NCBI GenBank assembly: GCA_965237955.1 | Contig: OZ250169.1 | Location: 5,344,001-5,408,000 of the forward strand | DNA: 64,000 nucleotides | Origin: Candidatus Marinacidobacterales bacterium | Lineage (GTDB): Bacteria > Acidobacteriota > Vicinamibacteria > Marinacidobacterales > SMYC01 | Reading direction: 5' to 3' | Shown: piece by piece, positions 24,718-34,346 of the stretch | Position numbering within the stretch: position 1 is the stretch's first letter | Layout: each line of letters opens with the position of its first letter | Notes under the pieces: model-generated | The model's input: the letters and a program-made list of their open reading frames with translations, nothing else | Database searches by the model: none | What the model was told of the DNA's origin: nothing | Program-made: the position numbers and the translations under genes

Positions 24718-25927
24718 TAGCTTACCCAACACCGACAGCAATTTATCCACATCCGAACGATTGTTGAACATCGCCACGCCCGCACGCAGGAGACCTCCGC
24801 CTTCGCGGAGCGTCACCGCGACTTTTTCTTTGGCGAGAACTTCCCGTAGGTGGTCGGGATCGAATCCATGATGGAAGCTCACGATGGGCGACGCGTTGTT
24901 CGGCGGCGTGAAGACGTCGAAGCCGAGCTTCTTGGCGCCTTCTCTCAGCTCAGCCGCCAGAGCAACGGTGTGTTTTTCGATGCGTGCGAGCCGAACGTTT
25001 TTCAGGTAACCGAGCGCCGCGTCCATCGCAGCGACCGCCGCGCGCGCTAACGCGGCGTACTCGAACTTCGCGGCGGTTTCCTTGAGACGAAAGTGATTGT
25101 CGGGAAGTTTTTCCGCGACCGAGCCGTGACCGTAGCGATCCGCATCCATCCACGCCAGATGCTCTTTCTTGACGTATAGAGGCGCGCACCCGAAGTCCGC
25201 GAACCACCACTTGTAGCCGTTGCCGCACGCGAAATCGACGCCCTCGTCGTGGAGGTTCGTTTGGAACGCCCCGAACGCCTGCACCGCGTCCGCGTACAGG
25301 TACGCGCCGTTGTCGTGAGCGAGCTCGGCGAGAGGGGGCAGGTCGTAGAGATACCCGTTTCGGGTCGAGACCCAAGCCACCGTCAAAAGGCGCGTTCTCT
25401 TGTCGACACGGGCCGCGAAGTCTTCCATCGGTACGCGGCCGTTTTTCGGCCGCACGATACGAAGCTCGATACCCTTGCGCTTTTCGAGCTCACGGTACAG
25501 GACGAAGCTCGTGACGAAGTGCAATTCGTCGAGCACGACGTTGTCGCCCTCTTTCCAATCCATGGCGTTGACGACGACGTTCTCCCCGTCGCTCGTCGAG
25601 TAGAGGAGCGCCCACTTCGTCCTCGTCGGCGCCGAAGAGCTCGGCGAACCGCGTGCGGGCTCGCTCTTTCGTCTGTCCGCGACTGCGCCTGTTTCTCAGG
25701 AGCATCTCCTCGTCCGCGTAGGCCGCGACTGCATCGCGAGTCGCTCGCGACATCGGCCCTGTGCCGCAGCTATTGAGGTAAGTCTGCTCGGCGGTGAGTG
25801 GAAAATCCGCGCGAACGCCCAGCGGATCTTCGTCCGAGGGCGCGGTAAGCCCACGGGCGGAGTGAAGAGAAGCGAGGCCGGCGGCGGCCGTGGTCTCGAG
25901 AAAGCGGCGGCGATTCATTGCACTCAT
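24694..25927 (-). pseudogene. Tat-exported aminotransferase class V (cysteine desulfurase-like) with a +1 frameshift near 25612
   Basis: MNRRRFL Tat motif, TYLNSCGTGP, YADAVQAFG, ACGNGYKW PLP lysine; last codons supplied by MITE-A. Confidence 0.85.
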
Positions 25928-25969
25928 GGCGTTTCTCCTTTTGCGGTCGGGATAGTTTACAGCGACCTC

Positions 25970-26366
25970 ATGTTGTTCGCGCTTCTGGTGGCGGCCGCGT
26001 TCGATATCGTCCAACTTCACGAAGGCGCTCATCGAGGAGATTCGGAAGCTCACCGACAAACCCGTGCGCTTCGTGATTAGTACACATTGGCACGGCGACC
26101 ACGTCTACGGCAACCAGGTGTACCGCGACCCGTTCCCCGAGGTCGTGTTCGTCGGCCATCGTACGATCCGGGAGGACATGCTCGAGCTCGGCGGCGAGAT
26201 GCTTGCCGAGGAGATCGAGACGCTGCCCGAGACCATCCGCCACCGCGAGACGTGGCTATCGTCGGGGACGGGTCCGGACGGGGAGGAGCTGACCGCTGAG
26301 CTCCGCGAGCGCATCGAGTACAGCCATCGGGTGCGAACGGCTTACCTCGAGGATTTGCGGACGTAG
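25970..26366 (+). pseudogene. MBL-fold metallo-hydrolase remnant (internal deletion and 3' truncation)
   Basis: Signal peptide MLFALLVAAA joined out of frame to ALIEEIRKLTDKPVRFVISTHWHGDHVYGN. Confidence 0.8.
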
Positions 26367-26606
26367 GGTCGCGATGGAAGTTGCACGCTGCCATCGCACC
26401 GACGGCCATCGCAAGACGCGAAGCAACACAGGGTGGCACATATGTGCCGGTTTGAGACGGGGCGGGTTCGATGGCATTGGAGAGTAATGGAGGCTCTCGA
26501 GACATGGATTTGGCGCCAGATCCACGTGGGGAACGCGGAAAACGCTCTGAGAGGCACACCGGTATCGTCGAGCGAGCCCATCGAGTATTGCCTCGCCGGC
26601 AGGATT

Positions 26607-27786
26607 CTAGGTAACGGCCGGCGTTGGGGCCGCGCGGCTTTCGAGCGACCACTCCCGTACGTCCAGCTCACCGAGCCAAATGCTCGGACGGTTGCGACGG
26701 CGGTCTAAAACGGCCTGCATCAATTTCGGTGGAGACCACTCGAGCGCATGCGGTGCGCGTCCTTTCACGCCGATGTGTTTCTTGTGGATCAGATCATGGT
26801 GAAAATTGCAGACGACGGTGAGGTTCCAAGGCGAGTGGCAGACGCCATGGCTGCGGTACTGAATGTGATGAACGTGTAATTGCGCACGGGCGCCACAACC
26901 AGGATAGCGACATTTCCAACCGTCCCTTTCCAGGACGAGCTGGCGCACTTCTTTGTAGTCGGGGCGCTTCGCGAGCTCCGCCTCCGCTGCAAGCTCGCTT
27001 TCGAACAGGCTCGGTTGCACGATTTGGCCAATTGAGCCAGTATCGAGCTTCGACCCAGGGAAAAACGGGACCCGCTTCGGTTGCGTTGTCACCCGGTGGG
27101 GTCGTTTCAGGCGCGTCGTCTTCGTCGGCAGGCATCGTGGCTTCGGTCTCGGGCTCGTCAGGCTTGTCGGGGGTTTCTGTGTCGGCAGGAACATAGCCCC
27201 ATTCCGCGATAACCTCCGCGAGCATTAGCTCGAAGGCCTCGACCGGCGATATCTCGGCGCCCGCACGGCGGCGATAAATCTCGAGCGCGTTCTCCCACAA
27301 AATACGGCGGTCCTCCGTCAACGGGAGGTGAAGCACCGACGCGAGCTGTCCGTGCCGTCCCTTGATGTTGATGCGGTGCTCGAGTTGCTGCACCGTCAGG
27401 GACAACGCGGATTCGAGCCACATCACCTCGTTGTCGGGAGCGGCGACGGAGGCCAGTCGACTCGCCTTACACCAGCCGAGCTTCCCGCTCGCCAGCGCGG
27501 CTCGGATCTTCGGAAGATGCTCGATCTTGCGCCCGAGAGAGACCAGATAGCCGGTCTTACGCGCCCCGAATCCGAAGCGTGCGTGCGCGTAGTCGGTGAT
27601 GCTCGTGTAGCCAAAGTCTCGGTAGGCCCGCCTCTCGCCCACCGCGGACAGATAGCAGCACACGAGCATCTCGGCCTTCTCGCTCTCGACGGCGGCTGTC
27701 TCGAGCTGTTGGTCCATCTCCAGGTTCGTGAGTTGGGGAATTTCGGAAACGACATCGTTGTATAGAGACTCGGACGACTCGGACAT
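26607..27786 (-). pseudogene. DUF222-like/HNH endonuclease (13E12-repeat-like), frameshifted near 27060
   Basis: FGYTSITDYAHARFG..LPKIRAALASGKLGWCKA N-domain; C-terminal ERDGWKCRYPGC..HVHHIQYRSHG..NLTVVCNFHH HNH motif. Confidence 0.82.
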
Positions 27787-27855
27787 GGGACACACCTCTC
27801 CTGAAGAATGAAGTCGAGAAACGAGAACCCCACCGAGCAGCTCGGGGTGTTTCAG

Positions 27856-27884
27856 AGTATAGGTGAAAAACAGGGATATGTCAA
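27856..27884 (-). promoter_or_regulatory. Near-consensus sigma70 promoter upstream of the HNH gene
   Basis: TTGACA-17 nt-TATACT on the minus strand, 70 nt upstream of the ATG. Confidence 0.8.
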
Positions 27885-27975
27885 AAACGTACGACGTTAA
27901 GTCATTATATAACAATGAGATACAGGCGAAATCGGCGTGAAATGGGTAGGCGGGTCGATCGTAACTTGCTTCTGG

Positions 27976-28009
27976 ACAGGCACTTACAGGCACTTACAGG
28001 CACTTACAG
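27976..28009. repeat. 10-bp tandem repeat ACAGGCACTT x3.4
   Basis: Read directly from the sequence. Confidence 0.95.
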
Positions 28010-28084
28010 ACGCAACTTTTTCGATTCCCCAGTTTTTTTCGTAAATTTTGCGATTCTACCCTCAAGAGTCTCTAACAAAGCGCT

Positions 28085-28238
28085 ATCCGCAAAGACCTCG
28101 ATCCGCAGGCGGCCTGCAGCCAGGTTCCCGGCACTGCCGAAGCGCTTTTTGTAAAGCTCGATAAGGAAGAGTCCGAGGATGAGTGAGCCTCACCGCGGTG
28201 AGGTGTGGTTGGTCGATCTCGGACTCGCAACCAAAGTT
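28085..28238 (+). pseudogene. Type II toxin-antitoxin remnant: antitoxin tail plus N-terminus of a PemK/MazF toxin (ATG 28179)
   Basis: AEALFVKLDKEESEDE* overlapping MSEPHRGEVWLVDLGLATKV; truncated. Confidence 0.65.
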
Positions 28239-28310
28239 GCCAATTATTCTACTGGCTCCTGGGAACCCGGCGGTCGAGCCCCTGGGACCAGGATCGAAAA
28301 ACATCTATCG

Positions 28311-29588
28311 TCATGCTGGATCTCCCCGTAGAGAAGGCTCGATGTGATATCCGAGTTTGCGCAGGTCGCGGATCATATTGGCAATGCGTCGTTTGGAGCG
28401 CGCGCGGCTAACGTCGGGGCCACGTTCCTCATAGTCAACGCCCTGGTGGAGAATCTTCCAGATTAAACGACACAACCGATGGGCAACGGCCCAGATGGCT
28501 TGCGCGTGCCCCAGGCGTGGAACCAAGCGCCGGTACACGAGCTGGAAGAAACTCCCTTTGGTCTTGACGGCCGCGTTGGCGGCTTGATTGAGGAGGCGGC
28601 GCATCGGCCGACTGCCTTTGGGCGAGCGATGGCTGTAGCTTTTGCCGGCGCTTTCGTGCTCTCCGGGGCACACGCCCACCCAGGACGCGAGGTGCTTGGC
28701 CGACGGAAACGTCTCGGCGCTCGCCCCGACTTCCGCGATGATCTGCTGCGCCGAATCCACGCCGAGCCCAGGCACTTCAGCGAGTCGTTGCACAGCTGCT
28801 TGATGCTCGCCGAGCAGATGCGCCATCTCTTCATCGAGTTGCGCGCTCTGCTCTTCGAGCAATCGTAATTCCTCGAGCGTCATTTGCACGAGCTTCCGAT
28901 AGACGGGGTTGAGATCGGCACACGCGCCGAGCGCATCGCACAACTGCTCGGGCGTGGCACGCAATCGACGGTCGGCCAACTCCGCCAAGCGGGCCGGCTC
29001 CGTTTCCCCGTCCGCCAAGGCTTGCAACATCCGCCGCGCACTCAGCCCCAGAAGATCCGACACCAGGCTCGACAACTTCAGATGCGCTTCCTCCAGCAAC
29101 GACTCTAGGCGGTTTTGGAGCTGAACCCGGTTACGCGTGAACTGGTACTTGCGGCGCATCACCGTTCGCCACAGGCGCTGCTCCGGCTCGGGAACGAAGC
29201 TTAGAGTCAGCTCCTGCGCCACCAAACGCTTCACCAATCGTTCGGCATCCGGAAAATCCCGCTTCCGACCCCGCGCGCCGCGATTCGACTTTGCTTGCGC
29301 CAGATGCAAGTTGCCCGACTGCGCACCCGCGCCCGGCCGAGCTCGGCACTGCGGAGCCCAGGACCGCTCCAACGCCTCCCACACCGGGCGCCAATATTGC
29401 GCGGTCGATTCCATCACTACTTCATCGACCCCCTCGGCCACCAGCCACTCCGCCAGAGCCCGAAGCTCACTCGGTCTCGTGCCCACACGCCGGCGCGAAA
29501 ACTTATACTCGCCCTCTACTGCGATGTCGGCGACCACCACCGCCAGCATCTTCTTGTGAACGTCTATCCCAGCAATCCGGTTTGGCAT
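28311..29588 (-). CDS. IS110-family recombinase/transposase
   Basis: AGIDVHKK, VVMESTAQYW, GRKRDFPDA (DEDD), VPGLG, SWVGVCPGEHESAG; intact ORF with GGAGGAG RBS. Confidence 0.95.
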   Translation of the reverse strand: MPNRIAGIDVHKKMLAVVVADIAVEGEYKFSRRRVGTRPSELRALAEWLVAEGVDEVVMESTAQYWRPVWEALERSWAPQCRARPGAGAQSGNLHLAQAKSNRGARGRKRDFPDAERLVKRLVAQELTLSFVPEPEQRLWRTVMRRKYQFTRNRVQLQNRLESLLEEAHLKLSSLVSDLLGLSARRMLQALADGETEPARLAELADRRLRATPEQLCDALGACADLNPVYRKLVQMTLEELRLLEEQSAQLDEEMAHLLGEHQAAVQRLAEVPGLGVDSAQQIIAEVGASAETFPSAKHLASWVGVCPGEHESAGKSYSHRSPKGSRPMRRLLNQAANAAVKTKGSFFQLVYRRLVPRLGHAQAIWAVAHRLCRLIWKILHQGVDYEERGPDVSRARSKRRIANMIRDLRKLGYHIEPSLRGDPA

Positions 29589-29855
29589 CGCTCCTCCTCA
29601 TCGCCGCAGCGGAGCGCGTGCTAATCAACTTCATTAATCAGGATCTCAGGCTCGCACCGTGGACAAAGCGCTCACGGCGACGCCTACTTATTCGCTCTAC
29701 CAACGCACACGCCGGATCAGCCAGTTGAACGGTCTCAACGGCCCCACTGGTTCGTCGATCTCACCGCTCCGGACCGCACCAGTCTGCCTTAACCGGAAAT
29801 GTTTTTCATGTTCTTTCGCGAGCTGCGTCCATCACATCCCCACTCAATTCACCGG
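29589..29855 (-). ncRNA. IS110 upstream non-coding end, candidate bridge RNA
   Basis: ~260-nt non-coding region directly upstream of the IS110 ORF, the position known for IS110-group bridge RNAs; fold not computed. Confidence 0.5.
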
Positions 29856-30215
29856 AACCAGCCTAAGCAGCTCTTCGTGCCAGTTGAGCTCGATGGCTTC
29901 TCTCGCGTAGTAGCCGCGCTTTGAGCGCGTTCTGATTGCCGATCAGATCCAAAGCGGCGACAGCCTGCCGGACGTGGTCTGTCACTTCTTCACTCAGCTC
30001 ACTGACTTTCAAGGTACATTTCGAGCGTTAGCGTAGGATTTCGGCCTAGTGACAGGGAAGCTGTCATGACCCGCCATTTTGGCGGCCTGTTTCCGGGTCA
30101 GAGGAGTCGTGGAACGGCGGACAGAAGGCGCTGAACTGTTTTTCAGCGACAGGAACGGCGCCCGAGTCGTGCTCGGTGTGTTCCCCGCCTAGACGTAGGC
30201 CGGTCGCGCAGCGGT

Positions 30216-30340
30216 TCATGCGTCAATCGGGATGCGTTGCTCGAGATCCAGCTCGAAGATGCCATACGGATTCACATGGTTGTAGATCAACGGTGAAAGC
30301 GCTCGTAGGTCCTCCTCAACCATCTTGTCGGACCAGGTCC
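30216..30340 (-). pseudogene. Tn3-family transposase C-terminal remnant
   Basis: [25 protein letters not shown]. Confidence 0.8.
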
Positions 30341-30385
30341 CCCCAAATCCGTTAAGCACCCTTTCGTCGCCCGCGCGTTGATGAG

Positions 30386-30643
30386 GGAGAGCTTTTCTAT
30401 CGCAACGGCGACAAGATGATGGCGGTGCCCATCGAAGCGGGTCCCGCCTTCGTGTTCGGGCAGCCGCGACAGCTGTTCGAACGGCCGTACGAGCCTCGCG
30501 ACAACCGTAACGGTCCGGTCTACGACATGTCCTCCGATGGCCGGTTCCTGATGCTGAGGCGAGTCGGTGAGGAACGACCCGTGGAAATCCGCGTCGTTCT
30601 GAATTTCGACGAGGAGCTGAAGCACCTCGTTCCCACGAATTGA
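30386..30643 (+). pseudogene. C-terminal fragment of a Ser/Thr kinase with TolB-like beta-propeller
   Basis: [37 protein letters not shown]. Confidence 0.7.
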
Positions 30644-30737
30644 TTGCCCCCGGGCCCCCTTCCAATATAAGATATTGGACCCCCTCGAAAAGAACTGGCG
30701 CAAATAAGGTCGACGGCGACCTTTCTGGGAGAGGAGC

Positions 30738-31331
30738 ATGTCAGTGAGAGTCGAATCGAGCCTCAGTCGGCTGAAAAAGCTAGGCCAGCGCCTGCTCGCC
30801 AATCAGAACGAAAACGTCAAAGCTCAGCCGATACCGGCGGACGTCGCCGCCGAGCGCCGCGCGGGCCGGCGAGCGCCGCTGCCGCTTGAAATCCGTATCA
30901 AGCTGAGTGAGGACGACGACCCACGGAGAGGCAAGATTCGCGACGTAAACATGACCGGGTTGGCCGTCGAGCCGTCACTGGGCGCCCAAGTCGACGATCG
31001 CGTCCATATTGGGTTCGACGGGTACCCGGACGTTTGTCCCGGGTTTGCGCTCGTTGGCCGCGTCAAACGCATCGTGGAGGCGGAAGAACCTGGCGAGACG
31101 TCGGCCATGGGGCTCGAGATCGACCGCGAGCAGACCTCCGCGGATGCTCAGAAGAACTTTCGGCGCCTCGTGCGTCACTACCTGCATCACCGCCCGCTCC
31201 TGGACAGCATGAGCCAGGGCTTCATCACCGGACGCTGTACGTCGTGCGACTGGGTGGGCCGCACCGGCAAGCGGAAGCCGCGGTGTTCTCTGTGCGGCTC
31301 GAGAGTCGTTCCCATTGAGGGAGAAGCCTGA
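30738..31331 (+). CDS. PilZ-domain protein with C-terminal CxxC...CxxC Zn ribbon
   Basis: RRAGRR, DVNMTG; CTSC..CSLC; GAGGAG RBS. Confidence 0.75.
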   Translation: MSVRVESSLSRLKKLGQRLLANQNENVKAQPIPADVAAERRAGRRAPLPLEIRIKLSEDDDPRRGKIRDVNMTGLAVEPSLGAQVDDRVHIGFDGYPDVCPGFALVGRVKRIVEAEEPGETSAMGLEIDREQTSADAQKNFRRLVRHYLHHRPLLDSMSQGFITGRCTSCDWVGRTGKRKPRCSLCGSRVVPIEGEA

Positions 31332-31461
31332 TTCCGCGCTAGCACAGCCAGCCTACCTGTAGTATCTTGCGCGCTCGCCTTAGTAGGCGAGTGCGTTCAT
31401 ACACTTTTCTATCGATGCAAGTTTGTTCTTCATCCCTCCGAGAATTCTTAGGAGAGCACTC

Positions 31462-31956
31462 ATGAAGTTGCCCGTCAGCATCGCAGTCAACGGGACCGAG
31501 ACTTCCGGCGAAGTCGAGCCCCGGTTGCTGCTGGTGCACTACATTCGCGACGTTTTGGGACTCACGGGAACCAACGTAGGCTGCGATACGAGCCAGTGCG
31601 GCTCGTGCACGATTCTCATCGACGGTGACGCGGTGAAGTCGTGCACCGTCCTCGCGGTCCAGGCCGATGGCAGCGAGATAACCACGATCGAAGGGCTGGC
31701 CACAAACGGCGAGCTCCATCCGATCCAGCAGGCTTTTTGGGACAACCATGGCCTCCAGTGCGGCTTTTGCACGCCGGGAATGATCTTGACGGCGACCGAG
31801 ATTTTGAAAAAGAACCCGCGCGCCAGCGAGCAGGATGTGCGCCATAGTCTCGAGGGGAACATCTGCCGCTGCACCGGCTACGAGAACATCGTGAAATCCA
31901 TCGTGGCTGCCCAAAGCGTCAAGCCCGCGAAGAAGTCGAAGAAAGGGGGACGCTGA
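31462..31956 (+). CDS. coxS: (2Fe-2S) small subunit, CO dehydrogenase/xanthine dehydrogenase family
   Basis: [27 protein letters not shown]. Confidence 0.93.
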   Translation: MKLPVSIAVNGTETSGEVEPRLLLVHYIRDVLGLTGTNVGCDTSQCGSCTILIDGDAVKSCTVLAVQADGSEITTIEGLATNGELHPIQQAFWDNHGLQCGFCTPGMILTATEILKKNPRASEQDVRHSLEGNICRCTGYENIVKSIVAAQSVKPAKKSKKGGR

Positions 31957-34343
31957 TGGGTTACGTAGGTTCGAGCGTCAAGCGAGTCGAAGATCCCCGA
32001 TTCCTCCAGGGCAAAGGTGCCTACGTCGCGAATCTCGATCTGCCCGGGATGGTTTATCTCGCCATCAAACGGAGTCCCTACGGGCACGTGAAGATCAAGA
32101 AGATCAACACCAAGAAAGCCAAAGCGCATCCGGGCGTGGTCGCGGTGTTCACTGGACAAGACCTCATCGATAGCGGCGTCGGCGCGCTGCCGTGCGGCTG
32201 GAACGTACCGAACATCAAAGTGCCCGTCCGCCAAGCGCTGACCGTCGACAAAGCCCGGCACGTCGGTGATGGAATTGCCGTTGTCGCTGCCGAAGACCCC
32301 TACACCGCGGCCGACGCGGTGGAGCTCATCGACGTTGCGTATGACCCGCTGCCGGCGGTCGTCGACGCACGCAAGACCACTGATCTCGGCGTGTCGCTGG
32401 TGCATGACGACGTTCCCGAGAACACCAGCTTCGAGTGGTCGCTCGGCGACAAAGATGCGTGCGACAAAGCGTTTTCGGAAGCCGACCATATTGTCGACCT
32501 CGAGCTCACGAACCAAAGACTCATCGCGAACGCGATGGAGCCACGCGCTTGCGTGGCTCAGTGGAACAGCGCGACGGAAGAGATGACGGTGTGGACGACG
32601 AGCCAGAACCCGCAGCCGATCCGGCTTCTTCTGAGCGCGTTCACGCTCCTCATTCCCGAGAACCGGCTGCGCGTGATCTCTCCCGACGTGGGCGGTGGCT
32701 TCGGCAGCAAGATTCCCCACTACCCCGAGGAGATCATTACTCCCTGGGTCGCGCGGGCGCTCAACCGGCCGACCAAGTGGGTGGCGACGCGCTCGGAGTC
32801 CGCGGTGACGGACTCTCAAGGCCGCGACCATGTGACCGTCGCGAGAATGGCTCTCAAGAAAGACGGCGAGATCTCCGGGGTGCACGTGTCGACGTGGGCG
32901 AACATGGGCGCATACCTTTCGACGTTCGGGCCACTCATCCCGACCGCGTTCTACATCACGTTGTTTGCGGGCCTCTACAAAATGAAGGGCGTATGGGGCG
33001 AAGTGTTCGGAACCCTCACGAACACGGCACCGGTGGACGCGTATCGCGGAGCGGGTCGACCCGAAGCCGCTTACGTGATCGAGCGCCTCGTGGACGTGGC
33101 GGCTCACGAGCTCGGCATGGATCCGGTGGAGCTTCGCCGCAAGAACTTCATCGGCAAGAACGAGTTCCCCTATCAGACGCCGGTGGCGTTCCAATACGAC
33201 AGCGGCGATTACGACGCGGTGTTCGACAAGGCTACAAAGCTAGCGAACTACTCGAAGATGCGCGCCGAGCAGGACGATGCGCGGAGCGCTGGTCGCCTCG
33301 TCGGGATCGGGGTGAGCGGTTGCATCGAGGCGAGTGGTCCTGCGCCCTCTGCGGTTGCAGGCGCGCTCGGCGCCGCCGTGGGGTTTTGGGAGAGCGGCGT
33401 CGTTCGCGTCCATCCCACCGGGAAGGTAACGGTGCTTACGGGTTCCCACTCTCATGGTCAGGGCCATGAGACGACGTTCGCCCAGATCGTTGCGGACGAG
33501 CTCGGCGTCGAGATGGGCGACATCGAGGTCGTCCATGGCGATACCGGCAGAATTCCGTTCGGGATGGGCACCTATGGAAGTCGCAGCGCGGCTGTGGGAG
33601 GTAGCGCACTGGTCAAGAGCGCCCAGAAAGTTCGCACGAAGCTCAAGAAGATTGCGGCCCACCAGTTGGAAGCGGCGGTCGAGGACATGGTTTACGACCA
33701 GGCCGAGGGCAAAATCTACGTGAAAGGCTCGCCCCACAAAGCGAAACCGTTTGCCGAGCTTGCGTTCGCGGCCTACACCGCGCATGACCTTCCGCAAGGC
33801 CTCGAGCCCGGCCTCGAGGAGACCTCGTTTTACGATCCATCCAACTTCACGTTCCCGAACAGCGCGCATATCGCTCAAGCGGAGATCGATCCGGAAACGG
33901 GCGAGGTCGAGCTCCAGCGCTACATCGCCGTCGACGACGTCGGCAACGTCATCAACCCGATGCTCGTGGAAGCGCAGATCCAGGGCGGCATAGCTCAAGG
34001 GGCAGGTCAGGCGCTGTGGGAACAGGGCGTCTACGACGAGAGCGGCCAGCTCCTGACCGGTTCGCTCATGGAGTACGCGCTGCCACGGGCCCATGCCTTT
34101 CCGAACTTCGAGATCGGGCGCGTCGAGACACCGTCGCCTCACAATCCGCTCGGCGTCAAAGGCGCAGGGGAGATGGGCACCATCGCGAGCACGGTGTGCT
34201 TCGCCAACGCGGTGATGGACGCGCTCGCACCACTCGGCATTCGCCACCTCGACATGCCGTTGACGCCGAACAAGATTTGGAACGCGCTTCAGCGCGTCGG
34301 CGAACGCAAGACGGCCAAGGTCGAGTACTTTGGGGGAGATTGA
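31956..34343 (+). CDS. coxL: Molybdopterin large subunit, form II CoxL-like
   Basis: RVEDPRFL, GGGFGSK, AYRGAGRPEA (form II signature), HGQGHET, KGAGEMG. Confidence 0.9.
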   Translation: MGYVGSSVKRVEDPRFLQGKGAYVANLDLPGMVYLAIKRSPYGHVKIKKINTKKAKAHPGVVAVFTGQDLIDSGVGALPCGWNVPNIKVPVRQALTVDKARHVGDGIAVVAAEDPYTAADAVELIDVAYDPLPAVVDARKTTDLGVSLVHDDVPENTSFEWSLGDKDACDKAFSEADHIVDLELTNQRLIANAMEPRACVAQWNSATEEMTVWTTSQNPQPIRLLLSAFTLLIPENRLRVISPDVGGGFGSKIPHYPEEIITPWVARALNRPTKWVATRSESAVTDSQGRDHVTVARMALKKDGEISGVHVSTWANMGAYLSTFGPLIPTAFYITLFAGLYKMKGVWGEVFGTLTNTAPVDAYRGAGRPEAAYVIERLVDVAAHELGMDPVELRRKNFIGKNEFPYQTPVAFQYDSGDYDAVFDKATKLANYSKMRAEQDDARSAGRLVGIGVSGCIEASGPAPSAVAGALGAAVGFWESGVVRVHPTGKVTVLTGSHSHGQGHETTFAQIVADELGVEMGDIEVVHGDTGRIPFGMGTYGSRSAAVGGSALVKSAQKVRTKLKKIAAHQLEAAVEDMVYDQAEGKIYVKGSPHKAKPFAELAFAAYTAHDLPQGLEPGLEETSFYDPSNFTFPNSAHIAQAEIDPETGEVELQRYIAVDDVGNVINPMLVEAQIQGGIAQGAGQALWEQGVYDESGQLLTGSLMEYALPRAHAFPNFEIGRVETPSPHNPLGVKGAGEMGTIASTVCFANAVMDALAPLGIRHLDMPLTPNKIWNALQRVGERKTAKVEYFGGD

Positions 34344-34346
34344 GCC

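Noticed and set aside
27976-28009. CRISPR array or iterons
   Set aside because: Only a 10-bp tandem repeat with no spacers; no cas or rep gene and no repeat-spacer array seen in the window
30010-30065. Tn3 terminal inverted repeat (CCTACGCTAA on the minus strand)
   Set aside because: Resembles the inner Tn3 motif but has no GGGG terminus or partner repeat
31956-34343. Bona fide aerobic CO dehydrogenase (form I)
   Set aside because: Active-site loop is AYRGAGR rather than AYXCSFR and gene order is SLM, so CO oxidation is not supported
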